DNA from: Octopus sinensis
Taxonomy: Eukaryota
Length of the DNA: 32,106 bases
Assembly (NCBI RefSeq): GCF_006345805.1
Contig: NW_021829650.1
Span: 1 to 32,106, forward strand
Direction: 5' to 3'
The translations under genes were made by a program, and so were the position numbers. The stretch's first letter is position 1; each line of letters starts with the position of its first letter. Positions 9,956-21,735 of the stretch are shown here, in pieces. A model generated the notes under the pieces. The model worked only from the letters and a program-made list of their open reading frames with translations, was not told the DNA's origin and made no database searches.

Positions 9956-10640
9956 TACTCTGTTGTTGATGTTGATATTCCAATGAAGGAATCTTGGATC
10001 TAGGTTAGAAACCGGTTCTTTCTCTTTTGACAAGAAATCTTGAAATAAGCTCAATAATGACATACAAGCATCGAAGAAAGAGCAAAAGAAACCAACGCGC
10101 ATTCTGCAAATCGCACTCCTCATTCTTGAAGTTCAATTTATGACTGTGAAACGGCTTTTAAGTTCTCTTCATTCAGATTTGATTTGATTTCTTGTCCTTC
10201 ACGTAATATTTTGCAGTTGCTTAGTGAGTAATTTAAAAAAAAACAAAAAACATTTGTGATTATGGAGACAAATCTGTTTTGTCCTATATTTACACTCAGC
10301 TATTCAGATAATTTGGCCTTCAATGTTTGTACATTATTATGCTATGGACATTTTTTGTAAGTGTCCTTGACGTTGTTTTTGTTAAAGAATTTGATGTATT
10401 GCTGGTTGGGTATGAAGATGTGATGAAATAATTATTTGACAAAAAAAAAAAAAAAAAAGGAATGGCAACACTAACGATACTGGACATTTAACCACTTAAC
10501 TGTTTGACCAAAGTGTTTAACACATGAGTTTGAGAAACTAGTAAAAAATGAATGACTAATCGATTAATTGGTTAACGGAGTAACTAACTCATTAACTAAC
10601 AATAACAATAAAGGACCGAACCAGTGCGTGTGTATGTTAT

Positions 10641-10960
10641 TACCTATTTCTTTATTACCCACTTTTATCTAAAACATCACTGTAAGGCAAAGTCGACCTC
10701 GGCGGAATTTGAACTCAGAACGTAACGGCAGCCGAAATACCTATTTCTTTATTACCCACAAGGGGCTAAACACAGAGGGGACAAACAAGGACAGACATAG
10801 GTATTAAGTCGATTACATCGACCCCAGTGCGTAACTGGTACTTAATTTATCGACCCCGAAAGGATGAAAGGCAAAGTCGACCTCGGCGGAATTTGAACTC
10901 ACAACGTAACGGCAGCCGAAATACCGCTAAGCATTTCGCCCGACGTGCTAACGATTCTGC
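10641..10960 (-). mobile_element. SINE family B with a rearranged partial duplicate
   Basis: AAGGCAAAGTCGACCTCGGCGGAATTTGAACTC at 10684 and 10868. Confidence 0.82.
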
Positions 10961-11760
10961 TAACGATATATCTGTGTATATCATTACCGGTATATTCCAC
11001 CCCCAGGTTCAATAGTATTTCTTTCAACACACGAATTGACATCAAGAATCTGTCAAACCAAATACAAATACGAACTTTGAAGCCTTACTTTTAACAAAAA
11101 TTAAAAACTATCGATATTGGATTTCATATTTTTGCTAAAAGACAAGTTAAATTTGACGATGTTGTTGCCTCTAATTCGGTAAGAACTGATCTTTTAATTT
11201 TGTAAATCCACTTTTATCTAAAACATCACTGTAATTAATATCAGCTTTATTGAAGATAAGCTGGATATTCAGGCTGCTGACTAATTGTTTTGATATATTA
11301 GGAAGGTTAGTTGATGCCACCGGCCACTCCCAGTTATTTCCCCTTGCCCATTTTCGTTTTAATTATGCAAAATGCTCTGTCAATGTGCTCTAGTCTTTTC
11401 CTGTAAGTCTTAGTCTTTTGTCTGATAGGAGTCAAGTTGGGGTAACTACTGAGCCGATGATGACTATAAAGGCAGAAACATTTGTCCAAAGCTGTCACGT
11501 TATCTTAAAAAAACAATAAAAAAACCAATGCAAAAAACTAAAAGATTTGTTTTTCCTGTGTGACATGAAAATTATGGAGGATTCTTAATCTTTGTGGCAA
11601 TTTTTAGTTTCTTGTCTGGAGTCGATGGCATTTGCCAACAAGCATTTATTTACTTTCTGTCGAAGCGAAAGTAACTTCAGTAAATCACGCAATTATATTT
11701 TTATCTTGTATAGCATGAAGTACACCTTTATTCGTCAAGTGCCTGTTTGTGTGGGTGTTT

Positions 11761-11773
11761 GATGAAGAGAGAA

Positions 11774-11840
<67 letters not shown>

Positions 11841-11863
11841 AAAAGAGAGAGAGAAAGAGAGAG

Positions 11864-11909
<46 letters not shown>

Positions 11910-11937
11910 AGAGAGAGAGAAAAAGAGAGAGAGAAAG

Positions 11938-11968
<31 letters not shown>

Positions 11969-11985
11969 AAGCGAGAGAGAGAGAA

Positions 11986-12042
<57 letters not shown>

Positions 12043-12103
12043 GAGAGAAAGAGAGCGAATGAGAGAGAGAGAGAGAACGAGAGAGAGAACGAGAGAGAGA
12101 GAA

Positions 12104-12180
<77 letters not shown>
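11761..12180. repeat. (GA)n/(GAGAAA)n microsatellite, about 420 bp
   Basis: Direct reading; source of the spurious RE/SL ORFs. Confidence 0.98.
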
Positions 12181-12181
<1 letters not shown>

Positions 12182-12544
12182 TGCGTGGGTGCGGTAGGTT
12201 GGGACACATATTTCTATCTCGATAGTCGTCATCAGCACAGCGGTTGTCGTACCTTAACTCCAATTAGATATAAGACTTAGACATGTACGAAAAGATTAGA
12301 AAACCTTGGCCCTGAATTTTCTGCATAACCAAAACAAAAATGAGCTAAGAGCAATGACTTGGATTATGCGCGCATGCGTTTGCGAATGCACAGATGACTT
12401 ACTGACGCTGAGGATCTTGGTTAATATAGATTTATCCATGCCGGTAAATTATTTCTTTTAAGCTCTGATATGATTGATTGATTCTAGTTTCAGCTCATGA
12501 GCTGTGGCCATGCTGGGGCACCGCCATTTACTTCTTTTTTTGTG

Positions 12545-12655
12545 CAGCAGGGATCACCATCCCCTGCCGGAGCGTCGTGGAGCTTTTAGGTGTTTTCGCT
12601 CAATAAACACTCACAACGCCCGGTCTGGGAATCGAAACCGCGATCCTACGACCGG
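12545..12655 (-). mobile_element. tRNA-derived SINE head (family C)
   Basis: Minus strand GGTCGTAGGATCGCGGTTTCGATTCCCAGACCGGGCG contains a B box. Confidence 0.6.
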
Positions 12656-12795
12656 ATGATATGCTCCCATCATTAAATATTTCAATCCAAAAAACAACAA
12701 AAAACAAAAACAGCAAAAGCTAGTGTCTCTTAGAAATTTGGGCTATGTCTCTGAAAGAGAGTGGGATCGAACCGATGATTATAAGAATTACTTAC

Positions 12796-12999
12796 GTAAG
12801 CCCCGTAATGCATGACACTTGTATAATCGTAAGGAACACCATAGTCGTTGACAACAGCTCTGGTGTACCTCTGGAAGTTATAGCGGACGCCTGATGGAAT
12901 ATTGCTGTCTATTATATAGACGTAATTATCGCGGTCGGGCCTCGTCTGTTCGTGTTGAAATCCTACAGCATGACCGATTTCGTGAACTATGATTCTTTT
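12796..12999 (-). CDS. Astacin-ShKT exon 7 (zinc-binding site and Met-turn)
   Basis: [68 protein letters not shown]; HExxHxxGxxHExxRxDRD and SxMHY; 204 nt, phase 0 to 0; ttttacag/GTAAGT. Confidence 0.98.
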
Positions 13000-13041
13000 C
13001 TGTAAAACAAATTAAAAAAAGAAAAAGATTATATACACAAA

Positions 13042-13216
13042 TAGGCCTGGCTGTGTGTTAAGAAGCTTGCTTCCCAACCATTTGATTCTGGGTTCAATCC
13101 CACTGCATGGCATATAGCCTCGGGCCGTTCAAAGCCTTGCGAGTGGATTTGGTAGACGGAAACTGAACGGTGCCCGTCGTATATATATATATATATACGC
13201 ACACACAAACACACAC

Positions 13217-13273
<57 letters not shown>

Positions 13274-13546
13274 CACACACACACACACACCACACACACA
13301 CACACACACACACGCACACACACATTTGTGTGTTTGAGTCTGTATTTGCTCCCTCCCACCGTCGCTTGACAACCGATGCTGGTGTGTTTATGTCCCCGTA
13401 ATTTAATGGTTCGGCAAAAGAGTCCGATAGAATAAGTACCAGTCTTAGAAAGAATAAATCCCGGGGTCAATTCTTTCCCCTAAAACCCCTCAAGGCGGTG
13501 CTCCAGCATGGCCGCAGTCAAATGACTGAAACAAACAAAAGAATAT
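13042..13546 (+). mobile_element. SINE family A (more diverged)
   Basis: Same head, internal (TA)n(CA)n and tail as 17327-17764. Confidence 0.82.
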
Positions 13547-13550
13547 ACAT

Positions 13551-13880
13551 GTATGGCTCAGTGGCTAGAGTGTCGGGCCCTCAATCATGAGATAGTGAGT
13601 GCGAATCCCTGACCGGGCTGTGTGTTGTGTTCTTGAGCAAGACACTTTATTTCACGTTGCTCCAGTTCAATCAGCTGTAGGAATGAGTTGTGACGTCACT
13701 GGTGCCAAGCTGTATCGGTCCCTTTGCCTTTCTCTTGGGTAACATCGATGGCATGAAGAGGGGAGGCTGGTATGCATGGGAAACCGCTGGTCTTCCATAA
13801 ACAAATTTGCCCGGACTTGTGCCACGGAGGGGAACTTTTGAGGTTCAATCCCATGGTTATTCATAACCGAAGGGAGTTTT
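13551..13880 (+). mobile_element. tRNA-derived CORE-type SINE (family D)
   Basis: A box TGGCTCAGTGG, B-box-like GTGCGAATCCC, CORE-like TTCTTGAGCAAGACACTTT. Confidence 0.7.
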
Positions 13881-13989
13881 ACACCTAATATATATATACT
13901 TATAGCTATTTTCTACACATGGACCCTTTTCTTTCCTACTTTACTCGGTTGGGCCCTCATATACATTCGATGTTTTAAAAGATCCAATT

Positions 13990-14443
13990 ATAATCTTTTG
14001 TACTCTAGGCACAAGGTCTTAATTTTTTTGGGGGTGGGGTTAGTCGATTAGATCGACCCCAGTACGCAACTGGTACTTAATTTATTGACCCCGAAAGGAT
14101 GAAAGACAAAGTCGACCTCGGCGGAATTTTGAACTCAGAATGCAAAGACGGGACAAAACGCCACTGAGTATTTAGTCCGGTGTTGCTAACAGTTCTGTCA
14201 AGGCATGAAAATAATTATTTCTTTATTGCCCACAAGGGGCTAAATATAGAAGGGACAAACTAGGGCAGACAAAGGGATTACATCGACTCCAAGGTGTAAC
14301 TGGTACTTATTTTATCGACCCCGAAAGGAATAAAGGCAAAGTCGACCTCGCAGTATTTTGAACTCAGAATGCAAAGACGGGACGAAATATCGCCGAGTAT
14401 TTGGTCCCGCGTTACTAGCAGTTCTGTCAAGACATGAAAATAA
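13990..14443 (-). mobile_element. SINE family B dimer (230-bp period)
   Basis: GTCGACCTCG at 14111 and 14341, with a shared downstream flank. Confidence 0.78.
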
Positions 14444-14466
14444 GGCGAAACGGAATAAGAACTTAC

Positions 14467-14533
14467 GATGCGGCATCCAGGAGCGAGAGAGACGTATTGA
14501 GCACCTCCGATCATGCCAACATAGGAAGAACAA
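14467..14533 (-). CDS. Astacin-ShKT exon 6 (catalytic domain)
   Basis: (G)CSSYVGMIGGAQYVSLAPGCRI matches the astacin GCxSxVG..GxQxxSL..GC motif; phase 2 to 0. Confidence 0.96.
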
Positions 14534-14705
14534 CTAGAAAGCAGAAGAAATATATATATATATGTATGTATAAAGAAGAAATATATATGTGTATGTACAC
14601 GCACACACACTATGTATGCATACACATGAATGTATGTATTTATGTATGTGTGAAATTTCTACCCTTTTAGGGAGCTCTTTTATTAGAACAACTCTGTGTA
14701 TCCGC

Positions 14706-14801
14706 GCTAAAATCTGCTCCGGCATCTCATCAGTTACTAAGTCTTAATAACTGATAAGAAGCCGGAGCAGATTTTAGCCCCGGCATTCGAAACTCTGAGT
14801 T
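14706..14801 (+). ncRNA. Degenerate hammerhead motif with an inverted partner copy
   Basis: CTGATAA (G8 to A) 14751-14757; stem II GAAGCCGG/CCGGCATTC; GAAA 14789-14792; stem III ACTC-T-GAGT. The inverted arm 14706-14736 carries canonical CTGATGA. Stem I is poor. Confidence 0.55.
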
Positions 14802-14863
14802 GTATGATGACAACCAACTAATTGTCACATATTATATATATATATATGTATGTATGTTATGTC

Positions 14864-14908
<45 letters not shown>

Positions 14909-15583
14909 GTATGGATGTATGTATATATATGTATATATATATATAAATAAAAAAACAACATATATATGTATGCAGAAAGAGAGAGAGAGAGAGACCTCAT
15001 CTAAAATCAACATTAACAACTACCCCAATAATTAACAGGCATAATTCATAAATGAATTATACACTCAATATAAAAACGTATAATTAACACAAATAATTGT
15101 ACTAATCCGTCCCTTTACTTCTCCACTCACCCCACGGGACATCAAAGAAACAATAACATCCAGTAATTCATTAATCTATATTTTTCCTTTTATGATGTTG
15201 CTACAAAATGTTTGTTTTATTCGATTCAGGAAATACATTGAACATAGAAATTGGCGCGCAACTGCAATTTCGACTTGTTTCAACTTTGTTTAATGACGTT
15301 AGCGAAGGGTTAAAGACGTCATCAAGTGCACCAAAAATCCACCATTGTTTCTAATCCTAATGTGCTAAAAAAAATCTTTCCCAAGGTCTTCAGATGCAAA
15401 GTCATTGGAAAATGAAAGAACGTATGATACTTAAAATTAGTGAACCGCAAAGCTTTTTGCGCCACAGACCGGTTCCACTTTTTTCCACAGACCAACAGAT
15501 CACGTGCATAAAAGAACACAAAGTGCATAATACATAATTTTATTATTACATATATATTACATACATTCATACATACCCTAACC

Positions 15584-15956
<373 letters not shown>

Positions 15957-16100
15957 TATATAAACCATAGATCCTGTTGTTTCCCTGTTGTTTCCTGTTG
16001 TGGCGTAGGTATAAAATGAACAGAAATAAGATTTAAAATTTTAAGTCCTTACTTGTGTTCTCTTTACACACAGGCACACACACACAGGCACACACACACA

Positions 16101-16131
<31 letters not shown>

Positions 16132-16497
16132 GCACGCATGCCTATTCTTAACTACAATAGCGACAACATGAATTTCTTCCATCTTCTTGCTCTGTTAAAG
16201 TATTTGAGAAAAATTATATCAATGTGTCAACTGGTTAAAATAATATTTATTTTTTTGCGCAGATGATGAATGCACTTCATTCTAATTGATGTAATGATTG
16301 CATTGTTCAATTAAATGGAGCTCCTTGAAACGGTCGTACTGCATCACTATTTGATATCCTGTTGCTTATTTTGATTTTATTCACCTTACTTCGAGCTGTG
16401 CGGATAATACGTGACAGACTTCGACTAGATACGGGACAGACTTGGTACCAAATTCAACTGAATCTCAATATATATATATATATATAATATATATATA

Positions 16498-16540
<43 letters not shown>

Positions 16541-16557
16541 TAAATATAAATATATAA

Positions 16558-16606
<49 letters not shown>

Positions 16607-16637
16607 CACAACACACACACACACACACCCACACACA

Positions 16638-16674
<37 letters not shown>

Positions 16675-16843
16675 AATACGGGTGCAAAAATAAGGGTGCA
16701 AAGTAGCACTTGCAATTATTTGAAATGAGAGCTAAAAAGTATAACTCGAGTAGCCAAACAATATGATTAACCTCATGAGATATTTAGAGACTGCGAGGAT
16801 CTTTCTTAGGCGAGATAAACTCAAATAATGAAATCGTTTGATA

Positions 16844-16902
<59 letters not shown>

Positions 16903-17326
16903 TATCCAGTGCAAAAAAAACTCTGCGATAGTCAATAAATTAGAAATAAAATAAAAAATTCGTTCTTTCTTTGCGACCTGATATCAAACAATCCACTACC
17001 CGGCCCTGGGCCGAGGCCCAGTGGTTTGGGTCCCCTGCTCTTGATGTTTTCTTGACTCGGTAAGATGTAGCCTCCCAAAAGCCCTCAAATCACACATCTG
17101 TTTGATGATGTAGTTGAAGTTAAAATCTGTTCCTGGTCTACAGGCTATCGACGACGAGCTGTTCGGTCAGCTGAAATGCTTCCTCATCGAACTCACAGAA
17201 CGTAATCCTTTCTGATAATTAAGCATGATTCTGTGTTCTACAATGCCAACTTCTGAATTGCGGTCTCTGTAGTCCATCAGGGGTGGGATTTCTGCATGAA
17301 GGATATATACTTAAGTGCCATCTAAC

Positions 17327-17500
17327 ATAGGCGCAGGAGTGGCTGTGTGGTAAGTAGCTTGCTAACCAACCACATGGTTCCGGGTTCAGTCCCACTGCGT
17401 GGCATCTTGGGCAAGTGTCTTCTGCTATAGCCCCGGGCCGACCAATGCCTTGTGAGTGGATTTGGTAGACGGAAACTGAAAGAAGCCTGTCGTATATATA

Positions 17501-17550
<50 letters not shown>

Positions 17551-17764
17551 GTTTGTGTGTCTGTGTTTGTCCCCCTAGCATTGCCTGACAACCGATGCTG
17601 GTGTGTTTACGTCCCCGTCACCTAGCGGTTCGGCAAAAGAGACCGATAGAATAAGTACTGGGCTTACAAAGAATAAGTTCCGGGGTCGATTTGCTCGACT
17701 AAAGGCGGTGCTCCAGCATGGCCGCAGTCAAATGACTGAAACAAGTAAAAGAGTAAAAGAGTAA
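17327..17764 (+). mobile_element. tRNA-derived SINE family A, full length
   Basis: A-box-like TGGCTGTGTGG, B-box-like GGTTCAGTCCC, CORE-like TTGGGCAAGTGTCTT, internal (TA)n(TG)n, GTAAAAGA tail repeats; several copies in window. Confidence 0.88.
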
Positions 17765-18013
17765 TGTGTCTAAAAATATTCTTTTAATTAGTTGGAATCG
17801 CACCCGCCTTTAGTGTTAACGGTAATTCTTCTCAAAAACACAAGGGAGGGAATTCTAAAATTAAAATTGACTAAAAATTCAGTAAAGATATAAATGGAGG
17901 TAACTATGTTCACATAACTCTAGATATGTTTTTGTCTTATTAAACTCACAAGGATGGCCACAAAATAAAGAAAATCTCATCGGCAACATTTTTGAATAAA
18001 GTTATTTACTTAC

Positions 18014-18137
18014 CCTCCGCCATTTCCCAAAACTATTTTGTTGCGGTCACCCGCGCCTGCCGCACGAAATGTTAAGCAGGTGTAACGGTTCCAGTCATTG
18101 ATCGCTGCATACACTTGGCTTCTTTGACCAGAAGTAA
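18014..18137 (-). CDS. Astacin-ShKT exon 5 (catalytic domain)
   Basis: (F)TSGQRSQVYAAINDWNRYTCLTFRAAGAGDRNKIVLGNGG(G); astacin W..xTCxxF motif; ttttcag/GTAAGT; phase 1 to 2. Confidence 0.95.
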
Positions 18138-18651
18138 CTGAAAATATAAAACAAAACAAATAATAACAACAAGGGTGTCTGACACCGCTTGAAACCTACT
18201 TTTTTAAAGACAGGGACTCAATCGATTTCATCGACACCAGTAACTCAAAACTACTTGGTTTCATCGATCTCTTGAAGGACTAAAACCAAAGATAGTTTTG
18301 GTAGGATTTGAACGTGGAAAGCAACAAAATACCGAAAGAATAAATAAAAACAATAAAACATCGACGTCAAACCGAGGGATTGAACTCAGGACCGTATGAT
18401 TGGTAACTAACCTTCTCAAGAAGTTTAATTATAGGATTCCAAGCACCAATCTAATCATTGTGTGATCCTTGCTAATAAAACGTGTTATTGAAATTAGATC
18501 CCACTCTGGTTTAATTTAACTTTCATCCTTCCAGGGTTTTATAAAATTAAGTGCTAGACAATTACCGGGGCCAGTGAAAGAGACTAACTCTCTCCCGCAA
18601 AATCTGTGGTCGTATGCCATTAGAAACAGTAACAACAACCACAACAATATC

Positions 18652-18703
<52 letters not shown>

Positions 18704-18945
18704 GGGAACTGCTCATATCCTACGCAAAATACTTTCTATGTAATCTCAATGTTTAAAACAAACATAATTTTCGTTTTTTTCTTTCTTTTTTTTTAGACAT
18801 TCACTAGTACAACACACAAAAAAACCCCAAATATATGGCACACTAGGCATAACAACAACATGAACTTCCAACCTGTTGTCTCTTGAGGTCTCTGGGTGAG
18901 ACTTGGAGCCAACTTGTACAAATATAAAGCAAAAGTAAAACATAG
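18704..18945 (+). mobile_element. Short 3'-end copy of the same R4/Dong family
   Basis: Closely matches 20761-21016 outside homopolymers; flanked by (TAA)n. Confidence 0.9.
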
Positions 18946-18961
18946 AATAATAATAATACTG

Positions 18962-19019
<58 letters not shown>

Positions 19020-19020
<1 letters not shown>

Positions 19021-21015
19021 TTCTTGACTGTAAGTATGAGATCATGGAGAACCACACTAACTCTGAACAGTGACAGTGAATCCCTAAATGCTGGTGATGT
19101 AAAAATTTCGTGTGGCATTTTCCAGGGTGACTCACTGTCACCACTCCTCTTTTGTTTATCCTTAATACCTCTCTCAAAGCTGCTCAATGACGCGCAGTAC
19201 GGGTATAAAATGTTTGATAAAAATATAAATCATCTCGTTTACATGGATGATTTAAAGCTTTTTGCAAAAAATGATCAACAACTCAAGGGCTTACTAGCGA
19301 TAGTCAAACAATTCAGTGACGACATCAGAATGCAATTCGGCCTCGATAAATGTGCAAAGGCTACCTTTATCAAAGGAAAAATGACAGAAACATCTAACGT
19401 TAACCTTGACCAACAGAATGTCATAAAAGAACTAGACCCAGCGGAGAGCTACAAGTACCTAGGGGTAATTGAAGGGAACGGAATAAGGCATTCAGAGATG
19501 AAGGAAAGGATCAGGAGAGAATGCTATCGAAGAGTGAGAGCAATACTCAAGACAGAGCTGAATGCAAGAAACAGGATCGAAGCAATCAATGCATTAGCCA
19601 TACCAGTCGTGACTTACAGTTTCAATATTGTTAACTGGTCAATTACTGAAATATGTCAGCTCGACAGAAAAATAAGGAAACTGTTGACAATGCATAGAAT
19701 GCACCACCCTAAGGCAGATACAGAACGACTCTATCTGCCAAGAAAAGAGGGAGGCCGTGGTCTTTTGCAACTGGCAATAACAATGAAGATTGCTACAATT
19801 GGCCTAGACACCTACCTGAAAAACTCTGAGGACTGGATGTTAAAACTTGTCTCAAAACATGAAAACAAGAAAGCATCATACTCAGTCACAAAACAGGCAA
19901 AGGAATATCTAAGTGAATTCCGAATACAACCAATTTCGGAATTAGAGATAGACATACAAGAAACAAGCACAGAAAAAGCTAGGCGCATGAAAACCCGTGC
20001 CAAAACTGCGGCCTTAGATATTCTGAATAATAAATGGCAAGAAAAACCTCTCTACGGCAAATACCCAAAGAGAGCGAATAATGCAGATATCGACAAAGCC
20101 CTGACCCATCAATGGCTAATGGCCTCTGGCTTAAAATCTGAAACAGAGGGGTTTATCATAGCAGCTCAAGATCAATGCCTACCAACAAGAAACTACCAGG
20201 CCAACATATTAAAGATCAGAAGCAGTCCAACGTGTCGTGTATGCAAGCAACAAAATGAAACCATTGACCATGTGGTCTCCAGGTGCAGTCTTCTAGCGCC
20301 TACAGAGTATCTCAACAGGCACGATAGAGCTGCACAATATATTCACTGGGTAATCTGTAAAAACCTGGATTTGCCCCATGAAAAAAACTGGTGGGAACAC
20401 AAACCACCCCCAGTGCTTGAAAATGACCACATCTCACTCCTCTGGAACTTCACCATTCAAACTGACAGGAAGATAGATGCAAATAGGCCAGACATCATAT
20501 TGAAAGACTTCAAACAAAGAACATGCCTCCTCATTGATATGACTGTCCCAATCGATATAAACGTATCTGTCAGGACCTACCAAAAACTGAGCAAATATAA
20601 AGATCTTGAAATAGAAATCAGCAAAATGTGGAAGCTGAAGACTAAAACAATACCTGTTGTCATAGGTGCCCTGGGAATGATAGCAAAAGGGGCTGATAGC
20701 TATCTAACTCAGATACCAGGAAACCCAAAAATGGCAGAAGTTCAAAAGATAGTGCTCATGGGAACTGCTCATATCCTACGCAAAATACTCTCTATGTAAC
20801 CTCAAGGTTTAAAACAACCATAATTTTCGGTTTAAAAAAAAAAAAAAAAAAAAAACTTTTTTTTTTAGACACTCATTAGTACAACATCCCCACCCCCCAA
20901 ATATATGGCACACTAGGCATAACAACAACATGAACTTCCAACCCTGTTGTCTCTTGAGGTCTCTGGGTGAGACTTGGAGCCAACTTGTACAAATATAAAG
21001 CAAAAGTCAAACATA

Positions 21016-21016
<1 letters not shown>
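19020..21016 (+). mobile_element. 5'-truncated R4/Dong-clade non-LTR retrotransposon (RT, CCHC finger, restriction-like endonuclease)
   Basis: Uninterrupted 591-aa ORF 19024-20799: GIFQGDSLSPLLF, YMDDLKL, CRVC..HVVSRC, RHD, RPDI..D..KY; about 220-nt 3' UTR; (TAA)n on both sides. Confidence 0.93.
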
Positions 21017-21051
<35 letters not shown>

Positions 21052-21053
<2 letters not shown>

Positions 21054-21194
21054 TGCTGTTTATATGTCGCGCACATATGGTTGTGATGCATGTGCCTGGT
21101 GTACCCTTATCAGACGGATAGTCATGATGGGTATATTGGGCTTCGTATATTTTACCCCAGTGTCACTTTGATGGCATGAACTGCTCTCTCACTC
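21052..21194 (+). mobile_element. Truncated copy of the (TAA)n-associated non-coding element at 22941-23565
   Basis: Matches about 23404-23565 with a small deletion; (TAA)n on both sides. Confidence 0.8.
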
Positions 21195-21254
<60 letters not shown>

Positions 21255-21258
21255 AATA

Positions 21259-21735
21259 GAACTTCTGACACCCAGAAATGCAGACTCTGTGGAGTGTGTG
21301 GAAAATGTGACCCACTTGGTAAGTGGATGTGAGAACCTTGCACAAACAGAATACATGCGCCGCCACGATAGAGTGTGCGTGTATCTTCATTGGCTCTTAT
21401 GCCGTAAATACCAATATGAAGTAACAGAGAACTGGTCTGAGCATGTACCAAGTAAAGTTATGCAGGAGGATGGAAAAGTAACGATACTCTGTGACTATGA
21501 TAATCGAACACCGTCGGCCGGATATTGTCATATTGAATAAGCGAGACAAATACTGTCAGATCATCGATGTAGTCATACCAAAGGACATGGATGTTGTGAG
21601 TAAAGAGGTTGAAAAAATCACCAAGTATTCTGAATAGAAAGTGGAAATGGCAAGACTGTATGGAATGCGAGAAGGTAATGTAAAAGTGATACCAGTGGTG
21701 ATCAATCCCATTGAAATTTCAAAACTTCTTAAGGA
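21259..21735 (+). mobile_element. Degenerate R4/Dong-type fragment (second family)
   Basis: ENVTHLVSGCENLAQTEYMRRHDRVCVYLHW..RPDIVI..IDV; stops and frameshifts; related to 30421-30775. Confidence 0.85.

Noticed and set aside
15131-15175. 45-nt candidate exon with a G|GTGAGT donor in intron 5
   Set aside because: Purine-rich acceptor context, in-frame TGA in the required phase, and exons 5-6 already join to give the conserved GGGC motif.
15365-15400. Minimal hammerhead-like CTGAAGA-CC-TT-GG-GAAA on the minus strand
   Set aside because: No stem I pairing, and stem III falls in a T run; likely chance.
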